NCBI GenBank assembly: GCA_027923505.1
Contig: BROI01000005.1
Coordinates: 1,054,001-1,118,000, forward strand
Direction: 5' to 3'
Origin: Mayamaea pseudoterrestris
Taxonomy: Eukaryota
DNA length: 64,000 nucleotides
Shown: positions 36,554-48,251 of the stretch, one piece after another
Numbering within the stretch: the first letter of the stretch is position 1
Layout of the letters: each line of letters begins with the position of its first letter
Made by a program: the position numbers and the translations under genes
The notes under the pieces: model-generated
The model's database searches: none
What the model saw: only the letters and a program-made list of their open reading frames with translations
Told to the model about the DNA's origin: nothing

Positions 36554-37807
36554 ATGGGAGACACGATATCAACACTGCTCTTTCAGCCGCCGAATCCTTC
36601 TAAATTAAAGGAACACAAGATTGTCTGGCTCAAGACTCGAAGGAATAAACGAGTCCCTGGCTTTTATATTTCGTATCGAAGGCAAGGAGGTGTCGAAAGC
36701 TGTCGAAGCTTGACTGCCGATGAAATACGCGACAGTCGACCCGAGGAGGGGATAACGCTTCTATATTCACACGCAAACGCAGAAGATCTTGGTTCAATAT
36801 ATCCTTGGTGCAAATTCTTGAGCAAGATGCTGCAAGTAAATCTATTTGCATATGATTATGCGGGATACGGTAAGCTCATTGATGAGTTGTTCTTTCGTAG
36901 CGACCATAATGCTTGGCTATTGCTGTGACACTCCAATTGCGCCAATGGTGATAAAACTTCGCTAACACGGCAATCTATCTCTTCCTGCTGTCAGGCATGG
37001 CTGCGGACGAAGGTAATTTTTGGCAATCGAGCACAACGTGGCCAAGGTTTCGATGCGAGACAACTAGTATCAGCCAGTACTCACGCATGCTCATTTCCTA
37101 CTTGTTTGACAGGTCCTCCATCAGAAGAAGACTGCTATGCTGACATTGAAGCTGCCTATGATTATCTCCGTCATTCTCTGCGAGTACCTGCACAAAATAT
37201 TGTTCTGTATGGCCGATCGCTAGGTTCAGGGCCCTCATGCTACCTTGCTACCAAGACGGCGCTTGAATCTCAGTCAAAGCCCGTCAAAGCACATGATGAC
37301 GAAGCACATGAACCTGTGGGTGGTCTCATTCTGCATGCTCCGTTTCTGTCGGTATATCGCGTCGTTATCGACCCTGGTTGTACACTGCCAGGCGACAAAT
37401 TTGTAAATATTGACCTTCTCCCCATGATTCGATCGCCTACGATTTTAATACATGGGACGAGTGACCAGATTGTTCCTTTTTATCACTCGGAACGATTGTT
37501 TGAAGCTATCCCCAAAGACTATCAGGCGCGACCATTGTACATTGAAGGAATGAGTCACAATAACGTTCATGCTCAAGTGCGTCCCATGTTTGTCGACAGA
37601 TTGACCGACTTTTTGCGCGATCACGTGTGGCCGCATGTTGTGATTCGCCGGCGTCACGTTGTCTCTTCGTCGATGGTACGAAAACGATTCTTCAAGGCTG
37701 TCGAAACTGGTCAAGTTGGAAATGATGAAGTTCCTGAGTGCGAGGAAGTGTCGGACTTTGATGAGGAATCAGTCGAAGAGAATCGCGTGGCACTTGTGCA
37801 ACAGTGA
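36554..37807 (+). CDS. ABHD17-like alpha/beta hydrolase; exons 36554-36869, 36995-37012, 37113-37807
   Basis: LLFQPP, YSHANAEDLG, YDYAGYG, YGRSLGSGP, IHGTSDQIVP and GMSHNN motifs; an 18-nt middle exon gives YG-MAADEG-PPSEE. Confidence 0.9.
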
Positions 37808-38325
37808 TACGAGCCTTGCTCGTAGGAAGAAATTATTGAGGTCAAGAAGCCTGTTAGCTCTTATCATAATCCTCTAGAGTACTGCATTCTATCAGACTAC
37901 CGGTAGCAGGCGCCTTACTAAGAAAATAAATCTATGACGATCATTCTTCCTTCACACATCTGTTGCCTCCAGCATTGGTAGCCATAGTTGGTATTGTAAT
38001 GCAACTAGAATGTCTTTCAACAACTCTGTCCTACCAGCCTTCCACCGTACTTAGCCAGCAAGCACCTACCGTATATCGTATACTGTTTGGCAGAAGGTGG
38101 CATGTCCGGTGGCGACAATCACGGGAAGGCAATGCCAATAAACAAGCGGGAATGAAATGAATGATGAAATGCCCCTGACTATCAGTGCGACAGATTTGAG
38201 GCACGAATTGCCATGGAAACGAGCCATCAACGAAAAGCAAAACACTGCTTCCAAATCCTTGGTCGTTGCATGTTACTTTACGATCATTCTTTCCAAGGAT
38301 TCTTTGAGCAGCCGACGTTATCGAT

Positions 38326-40454
38326 ATGAAGTTTGGCTTATCAGCAGACCAAGCATGGGCGATTTTATGCAGACATTCCAAGGAAGAAATCGAACCGCTC
38401 CGACTGCAGGAACTTTTGCGCGACAAAGATCGCGTCTCCGCCTTGGTGGCCGTCTACAACACATCGTTTGAACCTTCCAGTAGAAACGATGAAGACGACG
38501 ACGATGATGATGCGAATCAACCAAAAGAAGAGCATCGAATGCTAGTGGTAGACTTGTCGAGGCAGCGCATGACGATCGACACGATCAGCCACCTACTAAG
38601 ATTTGCCATGGCCAAGAAGTTGAAACAGTACATTCTACAGCTCGCATGGGGACGAAATAATCGCAAGTCTTCTATTCGGACAGACGAGATACATCAGCAG
38701 GCACAACATGAACGACCTCGACAGTTTAGTCATGAAGATTACATTGGCAGATCCGAAAAGATTTCTTCCGCCAACGTTTCATCCATTTACGCCGAAGCTG
38801 CTCCATCCCTTCCGTCCATGCATTTGGCGCTGCGCGTGCCACATGGCGGCGTCATGCTACTGGAGGACGGTACCAATGCATTGGCGGCGATACACCGAGA
38901 ATGGGATCGGCTGGAACGATTATCAGACTCGATGCGGCGAGGTCAACTTCGGGGCGCCACTGGAAGCATGATTCGAGACGTTATATTGATCGGTAGAGGC
39001 ACATCACAAACCGCATTGCAGTTTGTCTACACGGCCTTGCTCAAGGACGAACGCGCCGTTTCAGCGACGCGCTTTGGACTTGTGGAACCCACCGCCGTTA
39101 GAATTCGAAGAAATCTGACCGGAGCACCGAACCCAATAACTATACAGGGGCGAACACTGCGATTCCTGACGACGATTGATCCCATTGCTTCTGCAGCATT
39201 GGTGGCAGACTTGGATCCGGCATCGACGCTTGTTATAAGTCTAGCGCTCAACGGAAACGAGGAAACAGGCTTGGCGACCAAAACAATCAAAACTTGGCTT
39301 CTGCAGTCTCTGGGAAGTATGCGTAGGGCGGATCAGATATTGTCTAAACACATGTTATTGGTGACCGGAAATGACCGCATTGTTTCGGTCATTAATAAGC
39401 CGGAGCGAATACACATTGTACCGGAGCATTCGAGATGTGAAGCATTTACAACATTCTCGCCGGCTGGACTATTGGTGGGTCTCGATGTCATTTTGGGTGT
39501 TATTTTGGTGTGCGTAAAGCATCCTTTAGTATATCTCACCACTCTTTTCTTGGGCAGCCTTTGTCCATTGTTTTTGGCTGGCCTTTGGTCAAAGAATTTG
39601 TACAGGGAGCCCATAATATGGACAAGCATTTCATCGAAACGAATCCGCGACACAATCTACCTGTCTTGCTAGCGTTGACGGATATCTGGAATGAAATCTT
39701 GCTCGGTGCTTCGGCTCGCGTCATTGCTCCACTTACTGAGGCGTTCGCTAGTTATCCAAAGTTTGTGGCAGCATTGGAGAGCCAAACTTGTTGTCGTCAG
39801 GTTGAGCGACGCAGCGACCAGCCCCTTTGCTCTTCTGTCATTATAGATGCAGCACTAGATGGATCATTGGATCGGACTTTGTATCAGTCATCCGCGAGAA
39901 TGAACACGGAAATCGTCATGGCGCTGGATAGTCAACTATTGTTTAATACAGGTCGCATTTTAGGACACAACCAGAAGGAAGACATTCAGTCGGTGCATGA
40001 CAAGTTCGTATGCTCCTGGTTTGCCCACGCCGATGAACTCGCACTTGGAAGTCAACGCCCTGGACAGTCCGACACTGGAAACCTTGCAGAATCACCGGGC
40101 CCTAATACAGCCTCGTCCACTGGTGATGTCGGGGAAGGGAACCGACCGAATTTGCTTCTCATGACTGGAAAGCTTGACGCCTTTGCCTGCGGCCAGCTAG
40201 TGGTCCTGGCTGAACATCGTGCCCTTGTAAAGGCATTTCTTCTCGGATTAGATCCCTTCGTTCAAGAACCAGGCTCATCACTTCGCATGTACCGCACCGA
40301 TCTCGTGAAGGAGGAACTTCAAGAGCTATACATGTTTGATGCTGACAGCAATGGTGATGGGGACGGTGAAAAGGGGGATGAGAGGCTAAACATATCATCC
40401 ATGACGCTACTACGACACTATGCGACGCTGACGAGACACCGCGCCTCGGAATAA
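38326..40454 (+). CDS. Divergent glucose-6-phosphate isomerase-like protein; exons 38326-39474, 39558-40454
   Basis: VDLSRQR, MHLALR, GATGSMIRDVILIG, GAHNMDKHF..NLPVLLAL, GNRP and GQLVVLAEH landmarks of the PGI fold; catalytic motifs degenerate. The 5' end is uncertain. Confidence 0.78.
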
Positions 40455-40498
40455 GTAAGAATTCTCACAGTTCAGTAAAGCTATCATAACATTATAAA

Positions 40499-42682
40499 TC
40501 ACAATCGTATTTCACATCGTAAGTGATCATCAGTGGTGCCTCGCATTTCCCACTCAGGATCAAAATATCCCTCCACGCCCACCCGAAAATCCATCGATAC
40601 ACGGGTAAATATTGTCTCATTTGGATTCACATAATGACGACAGGAACTACCATGAAAAGCAACCACCTTGCCAAGCGTGGCTGCTAACGGATGGAAGTTT
40701 CCAATGTTGGGTTCTGATTCAGCCCAAAGATCAACTTTAGTCAAAGCTCTGTCAGTGAACGGTATCCAGAAGTTGAGCTCGCCATTTTGATGACCGTACT
40801 CAGCGTCGTTGTGAGCTTGCACCTGTGACCAGGCGGGGCCCGGCTGCAAGCGAATCGTCGGCGGCCGCTGATAGAAAAATGCAACACTACCTTCCATTTC
40901 AGTCGCAACTTCCAGAGCCACAAGGCGTCGCTTCACATATGGCAAAATATCGTCGACGACAAGCTTGTCAAATGCTTTGAGAAATAGTTCGTCATTGTGT
41001 AAAACCTCAGATAGATAGCGCTGAGCCTCCTCGCATTGTCCCCCATTCGCCGTTCGCCAGGTCGATGACGGAGGAACAACAAAATCTTCCAGGCGGTCGC
41101 TATCGTTTCGAAAGGCTCCTACAATCTGCGGATCGCATTGACGCAACATACATCGAACCGATGCAATTAATGCTTCCAAATTCTCCGCCGACTCCAATGC
41201 AAACACCGCTTCCTTTACTAATTCCTGTGGTAGCCATGGCGTGCCAGTTTCCGATCCCTCTCTGTTGCGAGGAAGAGGGTCATGTTTTCGATCACGCTTG
41301 TGACATTTGACGCGATGGGCAGACGACCGCAGCGTCGGTATTCCAGACAAATACGGCCAGTCAATTTGTTTGGCTGCTTCTCGTCGGCTTACATAATGCT
41401 TCAAATGACCGTTACCGACATCGTCGTCAGTGACAAAAGAAGAAGGTTCGATCCTCAGTATGGCTTTATGGTTGTTCGGTACACAGTAAATGGCACCGTT
41501 TGGTGCGACGGTCCCACCTTCCCATTTCGCCAAGCCCTTGTGAGGCGCAGGCAACTGCCAGGTGGTTATAATCGGCGGATCTGTTCGATAATCAATCTGT
41601 AAAACGCTCTCGGCTGCAAGTGGAATGGCGAACACAAGGCGTTCATTCGTAAGCGACACTCCATTCTGCCACTTGTTTTGGCAGAGGCGCTCTAGTCGTT
41701 GCTCATACACATTAGGACCAACTTGTCGAACCGTTCTGGCAACTGGATCAATCTGCAGTACCCGTTCGCTTCCACTAGGAAAGCAATAGACCATACCGTC
41801 CGATCCAGCCGATGCACCTAAAAATTTGTATCGCTTGTCGCGCCGATGTCTTCCTGTGACGATAACATTTGAGTCTCCCAACTGAAAGAGCTCAGGCTCT
41901 GGATATCCTGGCCGAATAACGAGCACACTGTCGGCATTGGCCGGTACCGATACTATGTCCCCATTTGAGGCTCCTGATGCACCATGCCACTTATGACCGC
42001 CACTGCCGAAGTTACCATGTAGAGTAACACCAGTATCTGGATGAATGCGCAATACGTGCGCACTATCGTGGGGAATACCGTAAATAGCATTATCAGGAGG
42101 TCGGCCCACGACTCCGCCATACCATTTCCAGCGTCCCTCCAACGCGGACCCAAATAAATGAAGTGAATCCGTCGCAGGATCAATGCAGAGTACATGGAGA
42201 GCCGACTGGGGGATCGTGTAAATCTTGCCGTCCGCTGGACAAACGGAACCGCCATGATACTTCCACTCAAGTTTTCGTTGCTGCTCCGCAAGCTGAAGGT
42301 CATTCTTGTATAATACTTCGTAAGGAATGGGAATGGTTGTGACTTGGTTTGTCTTTGTATCGATTCGAAGGACTGAATCGGCGTGACACGGTAAACCGTA
42401 AATGATGTCATTGACAACAATTCCTCGCAGCCATTTGAACTTCCCGGGCCATTTCGGACCGATTCTCTTGACTTTGTTTGTATCAATGTCGCATACCATT
42501 ACTCGAGGCGCATGTCCAGGAATGCAGTAAAAGCTGCGATCCACAACTTCACCTCCAAGATACAATGTCTGGCCCTGCAGAGGTTCATCGCCATCGTCGG
42601 ACTCGCTCTCGCACCACAAATACTGCAGTTTTGGACCTTTTTCGTAATCGATGCAATCACGAGGGAGTGCGTTGTTGTCCAT
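40499..42682 (-). CDS. Beta-propeller-like repeat protein fused to a StrG-like 2OG-Fe(II) dioxygenase domain
   Basis: About six KWxGG..G.IY.IP..A..VL.ID repeats; C-terminal YQRPPTIRLQPG..HNDAEYGH..ELNFWIP..RHY..N..TRVSMDFRV. Confidence 0.7.
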   Translation of the reverse strand: MDNNALPRDCIDYEKGPKLQYLWCESESDDGDEPLQGQTLYLGGEVVDRSFYCIPGHAPRVMVCDIDTNKVKRIGPKWPGKFKWLRGIVVNDIIYGLPCHADSVLRIDTKTNQVTTIPIPYEVLYKNDLQLAEQQRKLEWKYHGGSVCPADGKIYTIPQSALHVLCIDPATDSLHLFGSALEGRWKWYGGVVGRPPDNAIYGIPHDSAHVLRIHPDTGVTLHGNFGSGGHKWHGASGASNGDIVSVPANADSVLVIRPGYPEPELFQLGDSNVIVTGRHRRDKRYKFLGASAGSDGMVYCFPSGSERVLQIDPVARTVRQVGPNVYEQRLERLCQNKWQNGVSLTNERLVFAIPLAAESVLQIDYRTDPPIITTWQLPAPHKGLAKWEGGTVAPNGAIYCVPNNHKAILRIEPSSFVTDDDVGNGHLKHYVSRREAAKQIDWPYLSGIPTLRSSAHRVKCHKRDRKHDPLPRNREGSETGTPWLPQELVKEAVFALESAENLEALIASVRCMLRQCDPQIVGAFRNDSDRLEDFVVPPSSTWRTANGGQCEEAQRYLSEVLHNDELFLKAFDKLVVDDILPYVKRRLVALEVATEMEGSVAFFYQRPPTIRLQPGPAWSQVQAHNDAEYGHQNGELNFWIPFTDRALTKVDLWAESEPNIGNFHPLAATLGKVVAFHGSSCRHYVNPNETIFTRVSMDFRVGVEGYFDPEWEMRGTTDDHLRCEIRL

Positions 42683-43152
42683 ATTAAACAGGATAACTCA
42701 GAATAACTGGCTTAAGAAAGTGCCACTGTATGCATAGTCAGAATGGTCTGCTCTTCATGTTGTCGCCAAGCGAGAAAATTTCGTGGCGGAGCCTGAATAC
42801 CGGAGCGAGTTAATTCTCTCGAAGTTCATAGCTATGTCACACGATGTTTGTCCCTGCTAAATTTAAAGTTTGTGATAGTCTCATGCCGAAATGAAGTGTA
42901 CGGTACTTTGTATAATATAATTCATAACATGCAATTGACAGCTACAAGGAACTGAGATATCGATCGGTATGTTTCTACTGAGCGACTTGGTGATGTAATT
43001 AATCTTTTTGCACATGCATCTTTACAGCTTAGCTCGTCAAGTTTCGCGAACATTCATCCTTGACAGCTACCGGTAGATGACGATTATAGTAGTACTGTTA
43101 GCATAATAATTACGTAAAACGACTTGTTGAACGTATCAGATAATGTGCATAT

Positions 43153-44910
43153 CTACATTTCACATTTGCACCGAAAACCGCGCATGAAGGCTCCGGGAAC
43201 CAAGAGCTCCACTTCGGTCAACGGAGCACATCGACAGGACGACGGCTTGGGCCCTTCAATCTTACCAAGCTCATGCAGGTACAATCCCAGCGTCTTGATT
43301 CCATTCATAAGATTCTTGACGTTATACTTTTCGTTCTGTGAGTGAGCCATGTCGTCGCATGCCCCAATTGGTAGAAGCAAGACATTCATACCCGTTGCAT
43401 CCTCGAGAGCGGATGTAATCGGTATGCTGCCACCTTCACGCGTGTATTCTGGTTCGCATCCATAAACACGTTTTATAGCTGCGGCGGCCGCCTTATAGTT
43501 GGGATGATTCGGCGATGATAGCCACGACTTTGCGCCATGAATCATTCTGCACGAAAACGTGTTGGGCGATTCGGTCTGCATCATAATGAGATTATTAGTG
43601 TGAGCACAACAATGCACGAACTTAACATAGCGCAACCCGAAACGCACCAGGACCATTTGCTCAGCAACATGAGCTTTGACTAACTCCTCAATCTTGCTGA
43701 CGTCTTGGTCCGGGACAAGCCGAAGCGAGAACTTGCCAATCACTTTCGCTGGAATGACAGGCACCAATTCCACTAAACGCACCCTGTATTCCATGTATGG
43801 ACAATGTTGGAAATCTCCATCTGGACATGAGCAGCGTTTTTTTGTCGTCGTGCAAAAGTTTTCCGGACGTAATTCTGTTCTCTGCAGCGTACTCATCGAG
43901 GTTGAAGTCAATTGAATCGTAAAAAGCTTCCTCTTCAGGTGTGACATGCTTGACTTCGTCCATAATACCTTTTACAAGAATATTACCGTGTGAATCAACA
44001 AGTGTGCTCATCACTTTGACTAGATCCGTCATTGCTTCGTGCACAGTTCCACCAAGAACACCCTGTGCGAGGATTAATTGTGAGCGTCCTACAATCCCTT
44101 TCTCACTTGCATGTCACCCATGACCCGCAACTCACCGAGTGCAAGTCCTGCTCGCATCCCTGAACGGCCAACTCGAAGTACGCCATGCCACGAAGACCGT
44201 ATGTTAGACACGGTTTGTGCTTGCCGATCCAGTAATTATCCGAGATGCAAAAGAAGTCAACGTCACACAAGAAGCCGTCATTTTTCGCTTCCTCGTGAAT
44301 TGTTTCAAATAGGCCGTCGCTCCCAAACTCTTCCATTCCTTCAAATAATAGCTTGATGTTCACCGGCAAGTCAATTCCAAGTTCTTGGTGCGCCTCTATA
44401 ACCCAGAGCCATGAAAGTGCTGGACCCTTGTCATCTGTCGAGCCACGACCGTACAATTTCCCGTTCTTCTCAGTCAATACAAACGGATCCGTTTCCCACC
44501 CGTCTTCCTTGTCGGCTGGCTGGACGTCCAAATGCCCGTATACACAAAGAGTCTTTTTATTAGGATTTTTCGCCCACTCTGCCATGAGAATGGGCGGCAG
44601 TGAGCGCTTGTCAGTGGCTGCTGGGTTCGGCTGAAGCTTGACGAATCCTCCGAGTTTCCGAATCTCAGCAGTCGTCCATTCCATCATACGAACAATATCA
44701 TTTAAATGTCCCGGATCCGCTGATATGGAAGGGATGCTGTGGAGACGAAGGTACAACAAAAGATGTTTAGCCAGTGATATATTTGTTCTCAGCCACCGGA
44801 ATATGACGGAGCCAATCTTACGCCACCGCTTCTGCAAGTCGATCAATGTACAGCTGCCTGCGCTGATCGACATGATCGAAAAATCTGGATTGAACGTCAG
44901 CGTCGGTCAT
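43153..44910 (-). CDS. Cytosolic non-specific dipeptidase (M20A, CNDP2/Dug1-like); introns 44737-44821, 44063-44135, 43576-43647; frameshift at ~43759
   Basis: YGHLDVQPA, YGRGSTDDKGP, EGMEE, ISDNYW, DLHSG, PTLSIHGI, REGGSIP and AHSQNEK motifs; apparent 5-nt loss in GA[KT]VIPAKV. Confidence 0.9.
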
Positions 44911-45348
44911 GATTGTGTCCCTATCAAAGTTCTTCTAAAGTGTGGACCACCGCGAGAAAGTTGATGATTTGACGTGGGATGCACGTGGATGATGGAAATC
45001 GGACTCGTCGTCCGCGATATCCTTGTACCTCTGCGTTCTGTGCTATGCATCGCTCCGGTTTTCGCTGCGACAGAGATGTAGTTTTCCTTCATCAACGACA
45101 GTTTAGGTATGGTGCAACCAGTTCCAAAGACCGCCGCGACAAGTTTGCGCAACGAGGCTTGATAGCATTTCTGTCGCAGTTACTTGAAAGGCTCGTCTCC
45201 CTGACACAGTGCAAACGATTGAAGCTATGGTGCATTACTACCTGCAGTCATACTATACGTGCTTTACTACTATCTATTTTGAATTTTTGACTGCCACTAG
45301 CACTACCACAGTATTATTCACGACCGACCAAAGTACAAACAAACAGTA

Positions 45349-47334
45349 CTACTCGGAGCTTTGTCGAACTAGCAGCGGATTCGACTCCTCATCGTTGCTA
45401 GTTTCTAGACCCTTCATCAGAGCTCCAGCCATGATTGGCTTACCTCCGTTATTACTCATTAACACACCGACTCCCGGCACCACCGGTGCGCTCCTGTACA
45501 AACTAGAAATAGTGCTTCGCTTCATTCTTGCCTCGGATTTCTTCTTCGGTCCAAACACTGACGAGCCACCAGCTCGCATCGAGCCAGACTTGTACAAGAC
45601 CGGACCAGTTCCGTACTTCAAGTATGCCGTATGACGCTTGGCGCGTATCAAAGGAGATTCATCACCCGCGCGACGTGGAGGCCGCTGCGGCGTCTTAGGC
45701 GACTTGAGCATGTCAACTGCCTGCTCCTCTATGCTTTCGACAAAACGCCTAACCGGCGGCAACATGTTTACCATCACACCGATGATCGAGATGGCAAACA
45801 AAACCCAAAAATAGGAACCAACATGCGCTGTCGCGTAATGATCCAATCGACCAATATTGGGAGTTCCATTGGAACTATTGAAACATCCTTTAAACAGTTG
45901 GTACAATGCAATACAAATCACATTCGGCAACCCACCTATGCAGAAAAGGTTTAACGCACTCGCGAGCACCTTGTTTTCCGGCGGCGCTGCCGTAAATGCC
46001 ACCTCGTAGGCAGCACTGACTGCGAAAATTTCGCCGGCTCCGATCAGGCAGTACGATAAGCATTGCCACAAGACAGAAATTGACTTTCCTGTCGAGTGGT
46101 ACACATGATGGATCCGCGCCTCGACGAATAATGCCCACAGTATTGCCATTGCGCCCAATAAAGATCCCAGGGCAAACTTATACGTTGTGGGCATCTTGAT
46201 GTTTCGTGCCGCAAGCGCAGGATAGAAAAAGTGCCCAATCAAGTACCCAAATAGTAAGACAGCTATGGCATCCGTGTTGTTCATGGTGGATGCATCAATG
46301 TAGTGAAACGCCTTGCGCATAACATTGCCCTGGATGATGAATGTCGTCGCCATTTGCGAGTAAGCAATGTTGAAGGGAATCACCAAAAGAGAGATTCGAA
46401 AAATGGCTAACAGTCCCATATTCGCGGAACCTGGCGGCCCTGGTGCAGGCGTCGACTTCTTTGTCTTCTTCTCAGGTGCGCATTTCACATAGCGGGAACT
46501 TCCACTCAAAAACACAAGGATTCCGACAGTCATGGCCACCACCGGAGTAAAGTACGCATATGTCACATTGGTTTGAGCCATGACTGGAACGACAATTCCA
46601 CCAATCAATGCTCCAATGTTGATGCACATGTAGAAGGAAACATAATAGCTTTCGATTAGAGACGACTGCAACAATGGGTGGAATTGCCGGGCACCAAAGA
46701 CGTTGACCATGCTTTTGAGAATCCCAGTTCCCATGGGCCACAATAAAAGTAATCCAAAGCGTAGAGCCATCGTGTTGAACTCTTTGCCAAGAAAGCCTGG
46801 AATGGTTGTCGCGGCAATCAAAACAAGCCCAGGCAAGTAAAAGCATAACGACCCGCAAAGAATGCTCCAGTAATCTCCGAGTACCGAGTCTGAAAGATAC
46901 GCGCCTATAAAGGGCATTGAATAGGCGACTGCGACAGAAATGGAAACGTAAGTCGATGCATCAACCGCATGCATCCCTGCGTTCCAATTTTTATCATAGG
47001 TTCCAGTCAAGTACGACGTCTGCGTCATATTTATTGCGTAGAATGAAAACCTTTCAATGAGCTCCACAATCAAGATGTACAAGACAGAATAAGTCATTGG
47101 ATTCAGTGCATGGCGAGTGTCCGTTCCAAACTCCGTGACATGGCGAAGCGGACGTCCCTTATCGCCACTGAGGCACTCGTCAGGAAGAAGAGACAGCTGC
47201 TCCGGTTGAGAAACATTGTTTGGGAGATCGTCCGAGTCGTCTGAGAGTGTTGGTGATGGAGGCATGGACGCTTGACGCGAGGTGCCGCCGAGGAGACTGG
47301 ACCCCTCATCAGGTCGATCGGCATTCGTCGCCAT
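45349..47334 (-). CDS. POT/PTR (NPF) proton-coupled oligopeptide/nitrate transporter
   Basis: ELIERFSFY (ExxER motif), GAYLSDSVLG, FYMCINIGALIG, YSQM and GAGEIF motifs; multiple TM helices. Confidence 0.92.
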   Translation of the reverse strand: MATNADRPDEGSSLLGGTSRQASMPPSPTLSDDSDDLPNNVSQPEQLSLLPDECLSGDKGRPLRHVTEFGTDTRHALNPMTYSVLYILIVELIERFSFYAINMTQTSYLTGTYDKNWNAGMHAVDASTYVSISVAVAYSMPFIGAYLSDSVLGDYWSILCGSLCFYLPGLVLIAATTIPGFLGKEFNTMALRFGLLLLWPMGTGILKSMVNVFGARQFHPLLQSSLIESYYVSFYMCINIGALIGGIVVPVMAQTNVTYAYFTPVVAMTVGILVFLSGSSRYVKCAPEKKTKKSTPAPGPPGSANMGLLAIFRISLLVIPFNIAYSQMATTFIIQGNVMRKAFHYIDASTMNNTDAIAVLLFGYLIGHFFYPALAARNIKMPTTYKFALGSLLGAMAILWALFVEARIHHVYHSTGKSISVLWQCLSYCLIGAGEIFAVSAAYEVAFTAAPPENKVLASALNLFCIGGLPNVICIALYQLFKGCFNSSNGTPNIGRLDHYATAHVGSYFWVLFAISIIGVMVNMLPPVRRFVESIEEQAVDMLKSPKTPQRPPRRAGDESPLIRAKRHTAYLKYGTGPVLYKSGSMRAGGSSVFGPKKKSEARMKRSTISSLYRSAPVVPGVGVLMSNNGGKPIMAGALMKGLETSNDEESNPLLVRQSSE

Positions 47335-48002
47335 GGACAAACGCTAATATCGCGATCAAGAACAAGACCTACAATTAACAGTAGATTGTTTTCCCTCGGA
47401 GAGCTATGAGTGTGTGCTATGGCCCGTCAGTACGGAAGTGCCGAAGGGGGAAGAAGAAGTGAGAAGAAGGCCGGCGAGTCGATGGACATGAACATGCGAT
47501 CGGCAGCAGGCGCGGCCGATCGAGTCATGCACGACCAGGTCATTATGAAAAGCTGTCGTATGAGAACGTAGAACGCCACTTTTCAATATTCTTTAACCGG
47601 ATGTGATTGACTGTGAGTTGCGCTGTGCCTCGACTCTAACAAACCATTCCGACTCCAGAACACATTCGCGGGGTGGGGAGGTGGCAGGATCAATGGTTTC
47701 ACAGAGCCTGCGAAGACTTTTACGCGCTCCGCGCACACAAAGACTGCCAAACAGTGGTGCCAACAATTTTAGTCTATGTGGAACAGAAGGAGAGGCTAGA
47801 GATTGCAGTAATTGAGTGGTAATTGATGGCTCTCTGAGAGCATACTCCTAAAGTATAGCAATGTGTTTGGGATAGCTAACACGTTTATTATTAGACATCA
47901 TTGCATGCACCACAACCATGACATCATCTAGGTCACAGCTGCAGTATTCCATGTAATGTCGTGAGACATGTCCGGATATATCCTTCTGCAACCAACTCCA
48001 TT

Positions 48003-48137
48003 GTGCTACAGTGTGTGGCCTTCAATGACTCCCCCAATAGTCTTGTTCCATGAATTCTGTTCTGGCTATCCTTGGAGACACATATTTGGTGAGATTGGTG
48101 CATTACAGTCACTCCCAGCCCACGTGTAGCATCAGTT
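48003..48137. repeat. Partial copy of satellite B (176-bp family)
   Basis: GTGCTACAGTGTGTGGCCTTCAATGACT..CACGTGTAGCATCAGTT matches monomers at 55950-56527. Confidence 0.85.
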
Positions 48138-48251
48138 TGCTATATGGAATAATACAAGTCCTCCAAGATATTTGCTAAAGAGATGATCTAAGGGCAAAGG
48201 GACATCACACATGAGGCATATGCAGCAAGTGCTGCTATTTCCGGCAACCCC

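Noticed and set aside
10579..47617. Scattered TGACTGTG-like motifs (about 10579, 23333, 47608)
   Set aside because: Short, few and also present in coding sequence, so enrichment is not demonstrable here.
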